DNA of 64,000 bases, taken from contig CM059432.1 in the NCBI GenBank assembly GCA_030390025.1, forward strand, positions 38,752,001 to 38,816,000, read 5' to 3'. The notes beneath the pieces were generated by a model that saw only the letters and a program-made list of their open reading frames with translations, made no database searches and was not told where the DNA came from. The first letter of the stretch is position 1, and every line of letters begins with the position of its first letter. The DNA is from Squalus acanthias (lineage: Eukaryota). The translations under genes were made by a program, and so were the position numbers. Positions 11,311-24,466 of the stretch are shown here, in pieces.

Positions 11311-12630
11311 GAGTCATAATGGCACAGAAGGAGGCCATTCAGCCCATCGGGTCCGTGCCGGCTCTCTGTAGAGCAATCCAGTCAGTCCCATCCCCTGCTC
11401 TATCCCCGTAGGTCTGCAAGTTTATTTCCCTCAAGTGCCTATCCATTCTCCCCTTGAAAACATTGAGTGTCTCCGCTTCCACCACTTCCTTCGGCAGCGA
11501 GTTCCAGGTCCTCACCACTCGTTGCGTAAAAAAGCTTTTCCTCACATCCCCCCTGTATCTCTTGCCCAAAACCTTAAATCTGTGTCCCCTAGTCCTTGTT
11601 CCATCAACTAGTGGGAACAGCCTTTCCCCATCTAGCCTATCCAAACCCACCATAATCTTGTACACCTCGATCAAATCAACCCTCAACCTCCTTTGCTCTA
11701 ATGAAAACAAATCCAGCTCCTCCAACCTGTCCTTGTAGCGAAGATCCCCCATCCCCGGAACCATTCTGGTAAACCTCCTCTGCACCCTCTCAAGGGCCTT
11801 CACATCCTTCCTAAAGTGTGGTGACCAGAACTGGATGCAATACTCCAGTTGTGGCCTAACCAGCGCTTTATAAAGGTTCAGCATAACTTCTCTACTTTTG
11901 TACTCAATACCTCTATTTATGAAGCCCAAGATCCCATATGCTTTGCTAACCACTCTCTCAATATGTCCTGCCACCTTCAGGGACCTATGCATATTAACTC
12001 CCAGGTCCCAGGTCCTTCTGTCCCTGCACATTCTTTAAAACTATGCCATCAAGTGTATATTGCCTCTCCCTGTTCCCTCTGCCAAAATGCATCACCTCAC
12101 ACTTCTCTGTATTAAATTCCATCTGCCACTTGTCTGCCCATTCTGCTAGCCTTTCTATGTCTTGTTGCAGTCGATTGGTATCATCATCACTGTTTGCCAC
12201 ACCCCCAAGTTTGGTGTCATCGGCAAATTTAGAAATTCTACTCTGTATTCCAATATCCAGGTCATATATCAAAAAAAGCAGTGGCCCAGCACTGACCCTT
12301 GGGGAACACCACTGTCTACCATACTCCAGTCTGAAAAACAGCCATTTACCACAACTCGCTGTTTTCTGTCCTTAAGCCAATTCCTTATCCAAGCTGCCAC
12401 TGACCCACCTATTCCATGAGCCTCAATTTTGTTAACCAGCCTTCAATGTGGTACTTTGTCAAACGCCTTCCTAAAATCCATGTAGACAACATCCATTGCA
12501 TTTACTTCATCAATCCTCCCTGTTACTTCATCAAAAAATTCAATTAGATTAGTCAAACACGATCTGCCTTTTACAAATCCATGTTGGCTCTCCTTAATTA
12601 GCTTAAACCTCTCCAAGTGCCCGTCAATTT
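11311..12630 (-). mobile_element. CR1 LINE 3' portion
   Basis: ISKFADDTKLGG, LVRPQLEYCIQFWSPH, FFTQRVV; (atagagtc)n tail. Confidence 0.93.
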
Positions 12631-13596
12631 TGCTGAGGTAAAATGCCTGTAAAGGACTGCATGGCCTGTTGCTGGAATGAGCTTGACATAAGCAGCATGC
12701 TGTATCGACATCAACAGCAGGCCAGTGGAGTGCAGCATTTGATGTAAGCCGATGGTCAATGGGTAAGTGAAAGAATGCAGAAAAAAAATTAGAATTGTGC
12801 TTTTTTCTGGTTGATTTTATGTTTACCCGAAGTTTGTATTTTGGAGTGGATACAATGTTTCATAAATATTACTCCAGTGCAAAATGTCATGACATAGTTA
12901 AAGTATAATATGTTCCTGTCACAGTCCCCATTATATTTTCATTGATTGGACTTTTTTTGCAGGGGAGATTTTTAAAATCATTGACAAGACTACAGCACCC
13001 CCTAAAGGTAGGTCAAGGAATATCAAAGTGAAACATTGGACAAGTTTAAAAAAATGCCCAAGTAATGTATTAGTTTTCTGTTCAATATTTGTGTATTGAG
13101 AAACCTCAATTATTTAGTGCAATTTTCCTTATCATCTCTGATTAAATTTAACTTGTGCTACTAATCGCCGACATCATACATCGTTCCACCTATAAATGAG
13201 AAAAAGATTGAGACAGTGCATAATAACACAAAGTACGAAACAACAGAGGCCACTGTGCATACACAGACCATGTATAATTTGAATTAGAGTTTCCTACGCA
13301 ATTTCTTTAATGTCCTGGGAGAGGTGACTAATCACAGCTAAAACAATTCTCTGAGATTTCTTTCTCGCCTCCAAAGGTCATATAGTGAAATGCTAGGATA
13401 TTAGTCAAATGCTCATTACACTGCACCAAGTATCAACAGTATATAGAATCATAGCATTGTACAGCACAGAAGCACACCATTCAGCCCATCACACTAGTGC
13501 CAGGTCTCTGAAAGAGCTATCCACTTAGTCTTATTCCCCTACCCTTTTAGATCTTTCTTTCTGAAATATTTATTCACTTGCCTTTTAAAAGCTAAT

Positions 13597-14359
13597 GGCC
13601 CAAAAATTAAACCTAATACGCGAGAGTACGCACTGTGTACTCTCGCGTATTAGATCCCGAATTGCCGGTTTCCTGCATGCACTGCGCATGCGTAGGAAAC
13701 CGGCACTTCGTGAATTGCAAAGGGGGCGGTTCCTAAGTGAACCGCGTGCGCGCTACAGGTTGTGCGCACGCAGTGCACTTAGTTTTTTTTCAGCTTTGAA
13801 CGCGCAGGTAAGTGGTGAAGATTTTACACATAAAGAAAGCAGGCGTAGGACCCCCTTTTAACAAGGTAAGTAGTTAATTAAGTGTTATTTTAAAATTTTT
13901 TCAACAGGTTTATCTTTTTTAGAGACTTTAAAGAAAGGTAAGTTTATTTTTATAACTTTTAAAAAGATTTTAAATTTTTTCAAAAATTTAATTTTCTGTT
14001 TAAAGTGGTTAATTTATTTAACCATACTTATTTTATTAATGTGATGGCTTTTTTTAAAATTTAATTGAGGTTTAGCTGTTCTTTTGGGGGTTTGTAGTAT
14101 TCATAGCTTTGACAGCTCTTGCTGTCAAAACTATGAATGAAAGATGGTGTGCTGCCATTGGCTCTAACTGAATCACGTGATCCCAGAGCTCGCACGAACT
14201 AATTGCGCCTCTGGGATACGCACACACTGCGCGGTTGCAACAAGAAGAGGCTCTGAAACTAAAGTTCGTGTGGGCCCCAAACAAAAAGGTAGGCGCGGAG
14301 TGCGATATCGCGGGGAATCCTTACCCCCGCGGGAACCATCGATGTTTAATTTCTGGGCC
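13597..14359. mobile_element. MITE inserted in an old CR1 fragment
   Basis: TIRs ggcccaaaaattaaac / gtttaatttctgggcc; flanks aat/att (or a TA TSD if the TIR is extended by 2 bp); CR1 3' remnants at ~13440-13590 and ~14360-14720. Confidence 0.75.
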
Positions 14360-15189
14360 ATTATATATTCTCAATGTAGGGCATTCCATGTCCTAGAACC
14401 CCCTGCTTAAGAAACTTATAGCCTCTCCTTTTAATCTGAAAATTATGTCCTCTATTTACTAATTCATCAATCCGTGGAAATAACTTTACCCCATTCACGT
14501 TATTAAAAACTCCTCATAACTTTGAACACCTCTATCAGATCTCCTCTTTCTGTTCTAGTCAAAATTTGAGTTACAGTTTCACCAGTATCTTCTCATAAAC
14601 AAAGCCTCTGATTCCTGTTATCACCTTAGTTAATCTCTCCTATACCCTTTCAGTAGTCTTGACATTTTAAGATGGGCACCCAAAACTGCCTAAATCCTAA
14701 TATAATACTCAATATCCTAACTGTGGCCTCAGGAATGATTGAAGATCTAAGACTGGTGTAAGTGAGATTATGCTGGCATTTTCCACTGCTGTTCAGTATT
14801 ACATATTGCATAGAATCTACAGCACAGAAACAGGGCATTCAACCCAACTGATCTATGCTGGTGATTATACTCCAGACGAGTCTCCTCCCTCTCTAATGAC
14901 CTCTTCCCGTCCTGCCCCTGCACCCCTCTATTCCCTTCTCCCTCACAGGTGCTTATTGCAAAAGTCTGGCCGGAGACCAGAGCAAGCAATAGTACAGGCA
15001 ACGAAAGCCTCACCTCGCACCCCTTACACTGTTCACCTGTAATTTTTCGATCCCCGCCCATAATAAAGGATGTAACTTGAGCCCGTGGGTTTCCATATGG
15101 CAATTCCTCTTATGCCATGTTGAGGAAAGAGGAGGAGGAGTCCTGATGGGAGCAAAGGAAAGTGTGGCATAATATGAGAAGGAGGAGAG

Positions 15190-15490
15190 CAGTCTGGCCA
15201 TCCAGCACTATTCAGCGAAGACATTCAGGTGTCTGGATGGATTCCGGGCATCACCGCCTACCCCTTGATCCCTTTGCTCATGACTTCCCTTCAAGCAGCT
15301 GAACATTCGTACAATGAACCATATTCAGCCACCAGAGTGGTAAATGAGAGGACTATTGGTGTTCTGAATGCAAGGTTTCTGATTCCTTGATAAATCAGGA
15401 GAAACACTGCAGTATGTTACTGAGTGGATCTTCTAACATTGTGGTTGCATGCTCTGCCCTACACAACTCTGCAATTCAAAAGGGACTGGA
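15190..15490 (+). mobile_element. HARBI1-type (Harbinger) DDE transposase remnant
   Basis: YPL.PLLMT, AEHSYNEPYSATRVVNERTIGVLNARF, LDKSGETLQY, IVVACSALHN, with frameshifts. Confidence 0.8.
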
Positions 15491-15855
15491 CTGGAAGTCC
15501 TGGCTACTGCTGGGGCAGAGACACCTAAACCCCAACATGAGGAGGATCTTGATTCAAAGGATGCTACCATCCTGGCTCATCTAACTTCTTTTCAGAGCAT
15601 GATCATAAGATCTGACTCCACTGGCTCCTCAGCCATGGTCTTTGAAATCTTTTCCGTTCTTTCGTGCTCTGCGAATCTCAGTGCTAATTCCTTATTCCCA
15701 CAATCTTTCTCCCCTGGGGTATGTCTTTGAGCTGGTGAGTGAGAAAGAAAGGGTGAATGACACAGGAGGCAGTGGCCAGAAGATGATCTGAAACAACAAC
15801 AGAAAACGCTGGAAAAACTCAGCAGGCCAGGCAACATCCGTGGAGAGAGAAACAG

Positions 15856-15891
15856 AGTTAACGTTTCAGGTCGAAACCCTTCGTCAGAACT
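15856..15891 (-). ncRNA. Minimal hammerhead ribozyme motif
   Basis: Reverse complement reads agtt-CTGACGA-agggtttcgacct-GAAAC-GTT-aact. Confidence 0.75.
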
Positions 15892-18035
15892 GAGAAAAAA
15901 GCAGGAAATGAAACAGATAAAAAAGCAAGGGGGAGGCTGGGGGGAGGAATAAAAGAACAAAAGGGGTGGTCTATGGTAAGTAGAGACATTAAGAGATGCT
16001 CAAGGCAAGATGAGATGGTAATAGGACAGGATAAGAAACAAAAGGTGGCTCAGAAGTGTGAAGTGTGAAATGCTGGCAGAATGAGAGACAGCTGCCGTGG
16101 GGGGAGAGACTACCGAACATCAAGCCACCGTTTCCAAGACCGTCACTGACCTCATCTCCTCTGGAGATCTTCCCCCCACGGCCGCCAACCTCATAGTGCC
16201 CAACCCCGCACAGCCCGCTTCTACCTCCTTCCCAAGATCCACAAACAGGACTGCCCTGGTAGACCCATCGTTTCAGCCTGTTCTTGCCCCACGGAACTTA
16301 TCTCTTCCTATCTCGACTCTATTTTTTCTCCCCTTGTCCAGTCTCTTCCCACCTACATCCGCGATTCCTCTGATGCCCTCCACCACTTTAACAGTTTCCA
16401 GTTTCCTGGCCCCAACCGCCTCCTTTTCACCATGGACGTACAATCCCTCTACACCTCCATCCCCCACCAGGATGGCCTGAGGGCGCTCCGCTTCTTCCTT
16501 GAACAGAGGCCCAACCAGTCCCCATCCACCAGCACCCTCCTCCGCCTGGCTGAACTTGTTCTCACATTGAACAACTTCTCCTTTGACTCCACTCATTTCT
16601 TCCAAATCAAAGGTGTTGCTATGGGTACCCGCAAGGGTCCTAGCTATGCCTGCCTTTTCGTGAGATATGTGAACACTCTTTGTTCCAGTCCTACTCAGGT
16701 CCCCTCCCTCACCTCTTTTTCCGGTACATTGATGACTGTATCGGTGCCGTTTCCTGCTCTCGCCCTGAACTAGACAATTTCATTCACTTTGCCTCCACTT
16801 TCCACCCTTCCCTCACCTTCACATGGTCCATCTCCGACTCTTCCCTTCCCTTCCTCGACTTCTCCGTCTCCATTTCCGGGGATAGGTGATTGACCAACAT
16901 TCACTACAAGCCCACTGACTCCCACAGCTACCTGGGCTACACTTCCTCCCACCCCGCCTCCTGTAAGGACTCTATTCCCTTCTCCCAGTTTCTCCATCTC
17001 CGCCGCATCTGCTCCGACGATGCCACCTTCCATACCAGTGCTTCTGACATGTCTTCCTTTTTCCTCAACCGAGGATTCCCCTCTACCGTGGTTGACACGG
17101 CCCTTGACCGTGTCCGTTCTATCTCCCGCACTTCTGCCCTCACCCCTGCCCCTCCCTCCCGGAACCATGATAGAGTTCCTCTTGTCCTCACCTTTCACCC
17201 CACCAGCCTCCACATTCAACGGATCATCCTCTGCCATTTCTGCCACCTCCAATGTGATCCCACCACCAAACATATCTTCCCCTCACCTCCCCTTTCAGCA
17301 TTCCGTAGGGACCGCTCCCTCCGAGACACCCTAGTCCACTCCTCTATCACCCCCAGCACCCCTTCCCCCTCGCCCGGCACCTTCCCGTGCAAACGCAGGA
17401 GATGCAACACCTGCCCTTATACCTCCCCCCTTCCCGGGCCCCATACACCCCTTCCAGGTGAAACAGCGATTTACTTGTACTTCTTGCAATTTAGTATACT
17501 GTATTCGCTGCTCACGATGTGGTCTCCTCTACATTGGGGAGGCCAAACGCAGATTGGGTGACCGTAAGGGTGACCCCGAGCTTCCGGTCGCTTGTGATTT
17601 TAATTCACCTCTCCACGCCCACTCAGACCTCACCGTCCTCGTGCATTGTTCCACGTAAGCTCAGCGTAAGCTCGAGGAACAGCACCTCATCTTCCGATTA
17701 GGCACTTTACAGCCTTCCGGACTCAATATCGAGGTCAACAATTTCAGATCATAACCTCGGCCCCTACCACATAGATATACATTTTATCCACCCTTTTGGT
17801 TTGTGCCTTTTCCCTTTTCTTTCTCTCTCTCCCCCCACGGCAGCTGTCTCTCATTCTGCCAGCATTTCACACTTCAGAGCCACTTTTTGTTTCTTAACCT
17901 GTCCTATTACCATCTCGTCTTGCCTTGAGCATCTCTTAATGTCTCTACTTACCATAGACCACCCCTTTTGTTCTTTTATTCTCCCCCCAGCCTCACCCTT
18001 GCTTTTTTATCTGGTTCATTTCCTGCTTTTTTCTC

Positions 18036-18071
18036 AGTTCTGACGAAGGGTTTCGACCTGAAACGTTAACT
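18036..18071 (+). ncRNA. Minimal hammerhead ribozyme motif
   Basis: agtt-CTGACGA-agggtttcgacct-GAAAC-GTT-aact in the Penelope pLTR. Confidence 0.78.
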
Positions 18072-18341
18072 CTGTTTCTCTCTCCATGGATGTTGCCTAG
18101 CCTGCTGAGTTTTTCCAGCGTTTTCTGTTGTTGTTTCAATTTTCCAGCATCCGCAGTATTTTGCTATCGTATTAGTGCCTTATCTGAACCTTGGTTAGCA
18201 AAGACTTGCGAAGCTAGGGAGTAAATGAGCAACCTGCCATGTCAAGGTGCCACTGCTTCATTGATTTGGAGGTTATCAGGAGTACCAACAGGGTTGTGTG
18301 AGGTCATTGACATCAGAAGGGCTAAACTCTTGTAACACAGA

Positions 18342-20095
18342 TTGGCCAATAGAATTGACAGTAGTGGGAACTTGTGCATGGAGTCAGAAGAGATAGGAGA
18401 GGTGATGAATGAATACTTTTCGTCAGTGTTCACCGAGGAGAGGGGCCATGTTCTTGAGGATGAGAGTGTGATAAAGGTGGATAGGCTGGAGGTGGTAGAT
18501 GTTCTGAGGGAAGATGTTTTAGCAATTTTGAAGAACCTGAGGGTCGATAAGTCCCCTGGGCCAGATGGGATATATCCTAGGATTCTTTGGGAGGCAAGGG
18601 AGGAGATTGCAGAGCCTCTGGCTTTGATCTTTGGGTCCTCACTGTCCACGGGAATGGTGCCAGAGGACTGGAGAGTGGCGAATGTTGTTCCTCTCTTCAA
18701 GAAAGGAAATAGGAATGACCCTGGTAATTATAGGCCGGTTAGTCTTACTTCGGTGGTTGGTAAGATAATGGAAAAGGTCCTGAGGGATAGGATTTATGAC
18801 CATTTGGAAAGGGGCAACTTAATCAGGGATAGTCAACACGGATTCGTGAAGGGTAAGTCTTGCCTAACAAATTTGATTGAATTCTTTGAGGAGGTAACTA
18901 AGTGTGTAGATGAAGGTAGAGCAGTTGATGTCGTATACATGGATTTTAGTAAGGTGTTTGATAAGGTTCCCCATGGTCGGCTCATGAAGAAAGTAAGGAG
19001 TTGTGGGATAGAGGGAAATTTGGCCGATTGGATAAGTAACTGGCTATCTCATAGAAGGCAGAGGGTGGTGGTGGATGGAACATTTTTGGACTGGAGACCA
19101 GTTACCAGCGGTGTGCCACAGGGGTCGGTGCTGGGTCCTCTGCTGTTTGTGATTTTTATCAATGACTTGGAGGAGGGGACTGAAGGGTGGATCAGTAAAT
19201 TTGCTGATGACACCAAGATTGGTGGAGCAGTGGATGAGGTGGAGGGCTGTTGTAGGCTGCAAAGAGACATTGATAGGATGCAGAGCTGGGCCGAAAAATG
19301 GCAGATGGAATTTAACCCTGATAAGTGCGAGGTGATTCATTTTGGTAGGGCAAATTTGAATAAGGATTACAGGGTCAACGGCAGGGTTCTGAGGAACGTG
19401 GAGGAGCAGAGGGATCTGGGGGTTCATATCCACAGATCTCTGAAGGTTGCCACTCAAGTGGATAGAGCAGTAAAGAAGGCCTATGGTGTGTTGGCGTTTA
19501 TTAACAGAGGGTTTGAGTTTAAGAACCGTGAGGTTATGCTGCAACTGTACAGGACCTTGGTGAGACCACATTTGGAATATTATGTGCAGTTCTGGTCACC
19601 TCACTATAGGAAGGACGTGGAAGCATTGGAAAGAGTGCAAAGGAGATTTACCAGGATGCTGCCTGGTTTGGGGGGGGGGAGGTCTTATGAGGAAAGATTG
19701 AGGGAGTTGGGGCTTTTCTCTTTAGAGCGGAGGAGGATGAGAGGCGACTTAATAGAGGTTTATAAGATGATGAGGGGGATAGATAGAGTGGATGTTCAGA
19801 GACTATTTCCTCGGGTAGAGGCAGCTGTTACAAGGGGGCATAACTATAAGGTGCATGGGGGGAGATATAGAAGGGATGTCCGAGGTAGATTCTTTACTCA
19901 GAGAGTGGTTGGGGTGTGGAATGGACTGCCTGCTGTGATAGTGGAGTCGGACACTTTAGGAACTTTCAAGCGGTTATTGGATAAGCACATGGAGCACACC
20001 AGAGTGATAGGGAGTGTGATAGCTTGATCTTGGTCTCGGACAATGCTCGGCACAACATCGAGGGCCGAAGGGCCTGTACTGTGCTGTACTGTTCT
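18342..20095 (+). mobile_element. Young 5'-truncated CR1 with uninterrupted 561-aa RT ORF (18342-20027)
   Basis: KSPGPDG, NYRPVSLTS, SQHGF, GVPQGSVLGP, KFADD, RPHLEY; no stops; no endonuclease domain. Confidence 0.95.
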
Positions 20096-20101
20096 ATATA
20101 T

Positions 20102-20145
20102 ATAAAAATCACACAGAGAATCTTTTATTCCCCAAGTGTTTTATT
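20102..20145 (-). terminator. Probable PTDSS1 polyadenylation region
   Basis: AATAAA on minus at 20145-20140 and 20129-20124, followed by GU/U-rich ctctgtgtgattttt; ends ~1.4 kb of apparently repeat-free AT-rich 3' UTR; other AATAAA hexamers exist further upstream. Confidence 0.55.
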
Positions 20146-21498
20146 TGGAACCACTGTCTATTTGTTAGTATCACAAATGTAACATTTTCCTGAGAAAAGA
20201 CAGTCAGTTTTCTTAAGAAATTTCATGTTATGATAGGCAGGTTCACTATACAAGTAACACTGTGCATACTGCAGCAGATGAACAGTGTTTGGGTTTTTGA
20301 TAGTGAACTATACCACCCAATGGTTCAAAAAGGTACACATGGTTTCAGACAGAAATTATTTTGCAAACACACAGTGGCATCAAAACTACATTCTGCATCG
20401 TCCTGCATTTCACCACACAAATCTTCTGCAGGATTATTCTCACTCGATATGAAACTTACAAATGGGCCATGGGATTGACCTAAAAACAAAAATGAGTAAT
20501 CCATGCTTCTTGGAGGGAGAATTTGAGATCGAATTTTGCTCATTATACCAGGGATGGCAAGTTAACCGCATCCATCCATGACTTGCTCTTATAAAAGAGG
20601 GAGTAAGGATAATAAAAAAATTTATTTCATTCTCTTCAAAATAGTGACACAAGATTAATAGTTGATATATACCATTGACTGTATAAACAAATGCACACAA
20701 AGCTGAATTTCTCCTTTAAACTGGATTGAAGTGTACAGCAGCATTTAATTTGTATTGTATCCCTCTTTCAATTTTATTGTGTATATATTATCTATTGGAT
20801 AAAAATAGGTGAAATGTTCAAGAATTAAAAGAAATTATTTGGGGAAAAAAATTCAATCTGGAACTAAACTTATAAAACCATTTAAGCACAGTTGGCAAGG
20901 GTTGTGCCTTCATAAACCAAGCAGTATTAAGCAATTTTGGTCAATGCAAATTGAAATCAGTCACAGCAGTATTTGGTACAATCAATAGGTACAACTGAAG
21001 CATGCTTTGCGCAAAAGGCTATGATTTTAATACATAGCAAATGTACAGGATGAGAATGCTGCAGCAGATACTAGTTAGAAAGTGCATAAAGCATGTGCTT
21101 TGCTAAATATTGTTTGCTAATTTTGCCTGCTAAACTAAATACAGGTCAATGTTGTTAACGCTGTAGTCAGTTTTATTAACTAAAAAAAATTGCCTGCAAA
21201 AACTTAGTTAAAAAAAAAATAAATACAGAAAAGGCTTCCAGCATTTCTTCCTTATGTCATACCTTAAAAAAAATGCAAGATCTAATGTAGGACCATTTTA
21301 CTGTTATGTAAGCCTATGAATTGCTCTCTGTAGCAAAACAGCTAAACTGCTTAGTCTTCAAGCACCAGCCCTTGGCTACTGAAACAATCAATTATTTCAG
21401 AGACAGTCTTTTCCTTGTGCTCGTTGGCATTCCAAATGCTTTTGGATCCAGCTCCAAATTTCCTTGTGCAGGGCAGTCTCCAGCTCTCTGAAACCACC

Positions 21499-21611
21499 TT
21501 ACTTCCTGCCGAGACCATTACTCACTTTATTCTCAGCGAAGAATTTTTTCCGTTTTGTTACATTCTTGTCTGCTGCATTTGGGTGCAACAAGTCTTCAGA
21601 GTTTCCTTCGC
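21499..21611 (-). CDS. PTDSS1: PTDSS1 last coding exon (human exon 13 equivalent)
   Basis: (G)EGNSEDLLHPNAADKNVTKRKKFFAENKVSNGLGRK*; compare human ..KSKVTNGVGKK*; acceptor ttttcttaactag; phase 1 fits the previous exon. Confidence 0.9.
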
Positions 21612-23221
21612 CTAGTTAAGAAAAAAAAAAGACTATTGTTTCTGTGAAAGAAACAAAATGGAAGGCTATCTTTTACCAAGTTTGCATTACCCACTTTGAT
21701 TTGTATGTGTGCTGAGTATTTCATTTATAAATGACATTTGAAGCCCGCATATAAAAAACATGTTTCTGTTCATAGTGCTGCATTTAGCTCAAGTTAGTCA
21801 TTCTCATTTTAGCTACTAGCCTAAATTTATCAATGAAATTATACGAAGCTCAGTCAGTTAAAAATGCACACACAAGAGCAATTTATTTACTACCTTGGTT
21901 TGCAGAAATATATGAGCAAGCACATCTCCAAGGTCAAGAAAGCTACCAATAAAAATAACAAAAACACAACATTTTGCTGAACTTGCTCCTGGTATACTCA
22001 ACAGCAGTAGTTTAAAACCAGAAATTGGCAAGTGTCCATTACCACTATCTGTCTGTGTGTGAAGGAATAAGCAATATACCTATTCAGAAAAATACACCAT
22101 TCTATAAAAGAATTCTGACTTTATTAAAACATGACATACTAGGTTTGAAAATCTAAAAACCTTACAATGGAAAAGCTATGAATAGCATTCAGGCTATTGA
22201 CATAAGATAAGTTGTTGACACTGAATCAATAACCTTACTGAAACAGGAGGTTGGAGGTTCCTGAAAGTCTGAAGCTTTGGAAAGAACACAATGGTATACC
22301 CTGTTAAGGTGTCTTAAACCAACACTTTCAAATGAAACACAGAAAATTAAAGAAACATATGCCTCCGTAAAAATGACATCAAATGAAAGACAGGAGACAC
22401 GAGTCTGCATTGCTACCAGCTGATCTGACTAAGAATAGCAGGGGTCAACAGAAAAATGACTAAATAATTAGCTTACATCTGCAGAAAACTTCAAAAGGAT
22501 ATACCACTGAGAAAGGGTATAAAAATTGAACGATAGATTTGCTGTAAAGGGGCAAAGTGATTCTCGGCTTCAGAGGCAAGCTCTGTAAGTCTTCAACTCT
22601 TTGTATTTCGGGGATCAAGGTATTGTATTTGATTTGGTGGATATCCTGGAATAAACTAAGAACTGTAAAACTAGCGAAGTTAAGATTTGAGAATAAGGAT
22701 CTCTGATAATAGAATTAAGATTTTTGTATTTGGAATTGTTAATGTTGCGATTGAAACACCAACTGTAAATTACATGTCGGTTCTTTAATAAATCTATATA
22801 TTTTTAGAATTGTCTCACATAATACTTCTGTATCAAACTCGCAAACTCAATCTCTGTACACTCTTTGGTGAGGAGTTGCAGAATTCTGAGGGAGTTTTCC
22901 GGACCCTCATAATATCCGGAACGTTACAGTCTAGCTAAACTTATTAAAAGTGCTATCTGGAGGACGGAAACATCTTCAGGTTGTTCCTTTCCTTTAGGGA
23001 GAGATAGTCTGGACCTTTAGACCCAATTAAGCGCCTTTAGGATTCGGCTACCTCAAACTTTAGTTGAAAGTGAACGTCTGGGGAATACGCCTGATCCGGG
23101 GTAGCCCTAAAGGGGCTAGGACTAGTAATTATCCCGTCATGTGAACGTTGCTTTGCAATTCTAATCACAAAGTATTTTGCATCAAATAGTTTCTCTGAAG
23201 CTACAACTCTAAAGACATCAA

Positions 23222-23466
23222 TACAATAGCAAAATACTGCGGATGCTGGAAATTGGAAATAACAACAGAAAATGCTGGAAACACTCAGCAGGCCAGGCAG
23301 CATCCGTGGAGAGAAACAGAACCTCTGCACCTGCTTAAAATCTGTTACATCTCCAACTTTTACCAGTTCTGGCGAAGGGTCTCCGACCTGAAACGTTAAC
23401 TCTGTTTCTCTCTCCATGGATGCTGCCTGGCCTGCTGAGTGTTTCCAGCATTTTCTGTTGTTATTA
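23222..23466. mobile_element. Short Penelope-derived insertion (inverted + direct pLTR pieces) with 13-bp TSD
   Basis: CTAAAGACATCAA at 23209-23221 and 23467-23479; hammerhead-like motif 23365-23401 with mutated core CTGGCGA. Confidence 0.85.
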
Positions 23467-23979
23467 CTAAAGACATCAAGGCATTTTGTCAGGAATACCT
23501 AAAATTCCTCTTTTTGGTTGCTTTATGCCATAAAATAACTGGTAAAAATGAATCCCTCATGTTCTTGAGTGCTAAGATTAAGACTCATCGACATTTCTTC
23601 TTCTATCTGTATCTATTTGTTTGGTAAAAAAATAAATAAAAGGACTTTTTGTTTTAAGAGAAAGGTCATTACTAATATAGGTTATGGAGCAACAAATCAG
23701 CACTTCCATTTTTCAAATGTGTTGTCAGATGTTACAACCAATTTCCAACTCATTTTAGAATATAAAGCTGGAAAAAAACTGGAGCAGCTCTAAGCTATGT
23801 GCCAATGTAGGAAAGTTGAAACATTTTAAATGATTATTCTTACAATTTGGATTCATTTTCTCCTTTACGAAACAGGACATTTACTGTGAGCAGTGCAATA
23901 GGATATTCACTATTATAAAAACGGGTACGTCTGACATGTATTTCCTGGCCTTCATACTTCAAGGTCCCAATGACATCAG

Positions 23980-24466
23980 GGGACCCCGATTTGAATATAT
24001 TCATCGAGCACGCGCCAATTTCCAGCGGGTGCGTTTGCCACCTCAATCAGTGGCTCCATCAAATTTGTGATCAAGGAGTTTGCAGCAGGAATGGGGTGGT
24101 AAGTAGATTCCTGTGATTTTAACTGCTCACCCTCCCAGTTCCTGCCGGGCGGGTAGGCAAGCACGGTGCTGTGTGTTGCGGGGCTCCGTGAAAAGATTCA
24201 GTTTAGGGACTGGATCTGCTCTGGACCAGTGCACGGGTTGCACAGCCCTAATGCCATCCCTGACTTCGCTGATGATGGGCAACAGCCATACAGACCAGTC
24301 GTGCAGAAACGAAGTATGTCAGGCCAATACGTTCAGCCTGCCTGGGCTGACCAGTAGCGGCCGGTTACTGGACCCATTCGGGTCCCTAACAGGCTTGGGG
24401 TCAGGGATTCCACGCAATTGCATGGCCCCAATGCTGCCCCTGCGATTAGGGTTAAAATCAGGGCCT
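23980..24466. mobile_element. Harbinger-like MITE
   Basis: Imperfect TIRs ggaccccgatttgaa / gttaaaatcagggcc; CAG on both flanks. Confidence 0.55.

Larger units (their letters stand above)
15788..18172 (+). mobile_element. Penelope-like element (RT + GIY-YIG), 5' truncated, with inverted pseudo-LTR
   Basis: MDVQSLYTSIPH, GVAMGT, FRYIDD, PFLD, VYCIRCSRCGLLYIGE; pLTR ~17760-18172; inverted copy ~15788-16109; frameshifted. Confidence 0.92.

Noticed and set aside
21558..21611. Alternative frame AKETLKTCCTQMQQTRM* for the last exon
   Set aside because: Phase does not match exon 12; the other frame matches the PTDSS1 C-terminus
22300..22930. Possible solo LTR (TATA-like ~22517, AATAAA ~22787)
   Set aside because: No convincing TG..CA termini with a TSD
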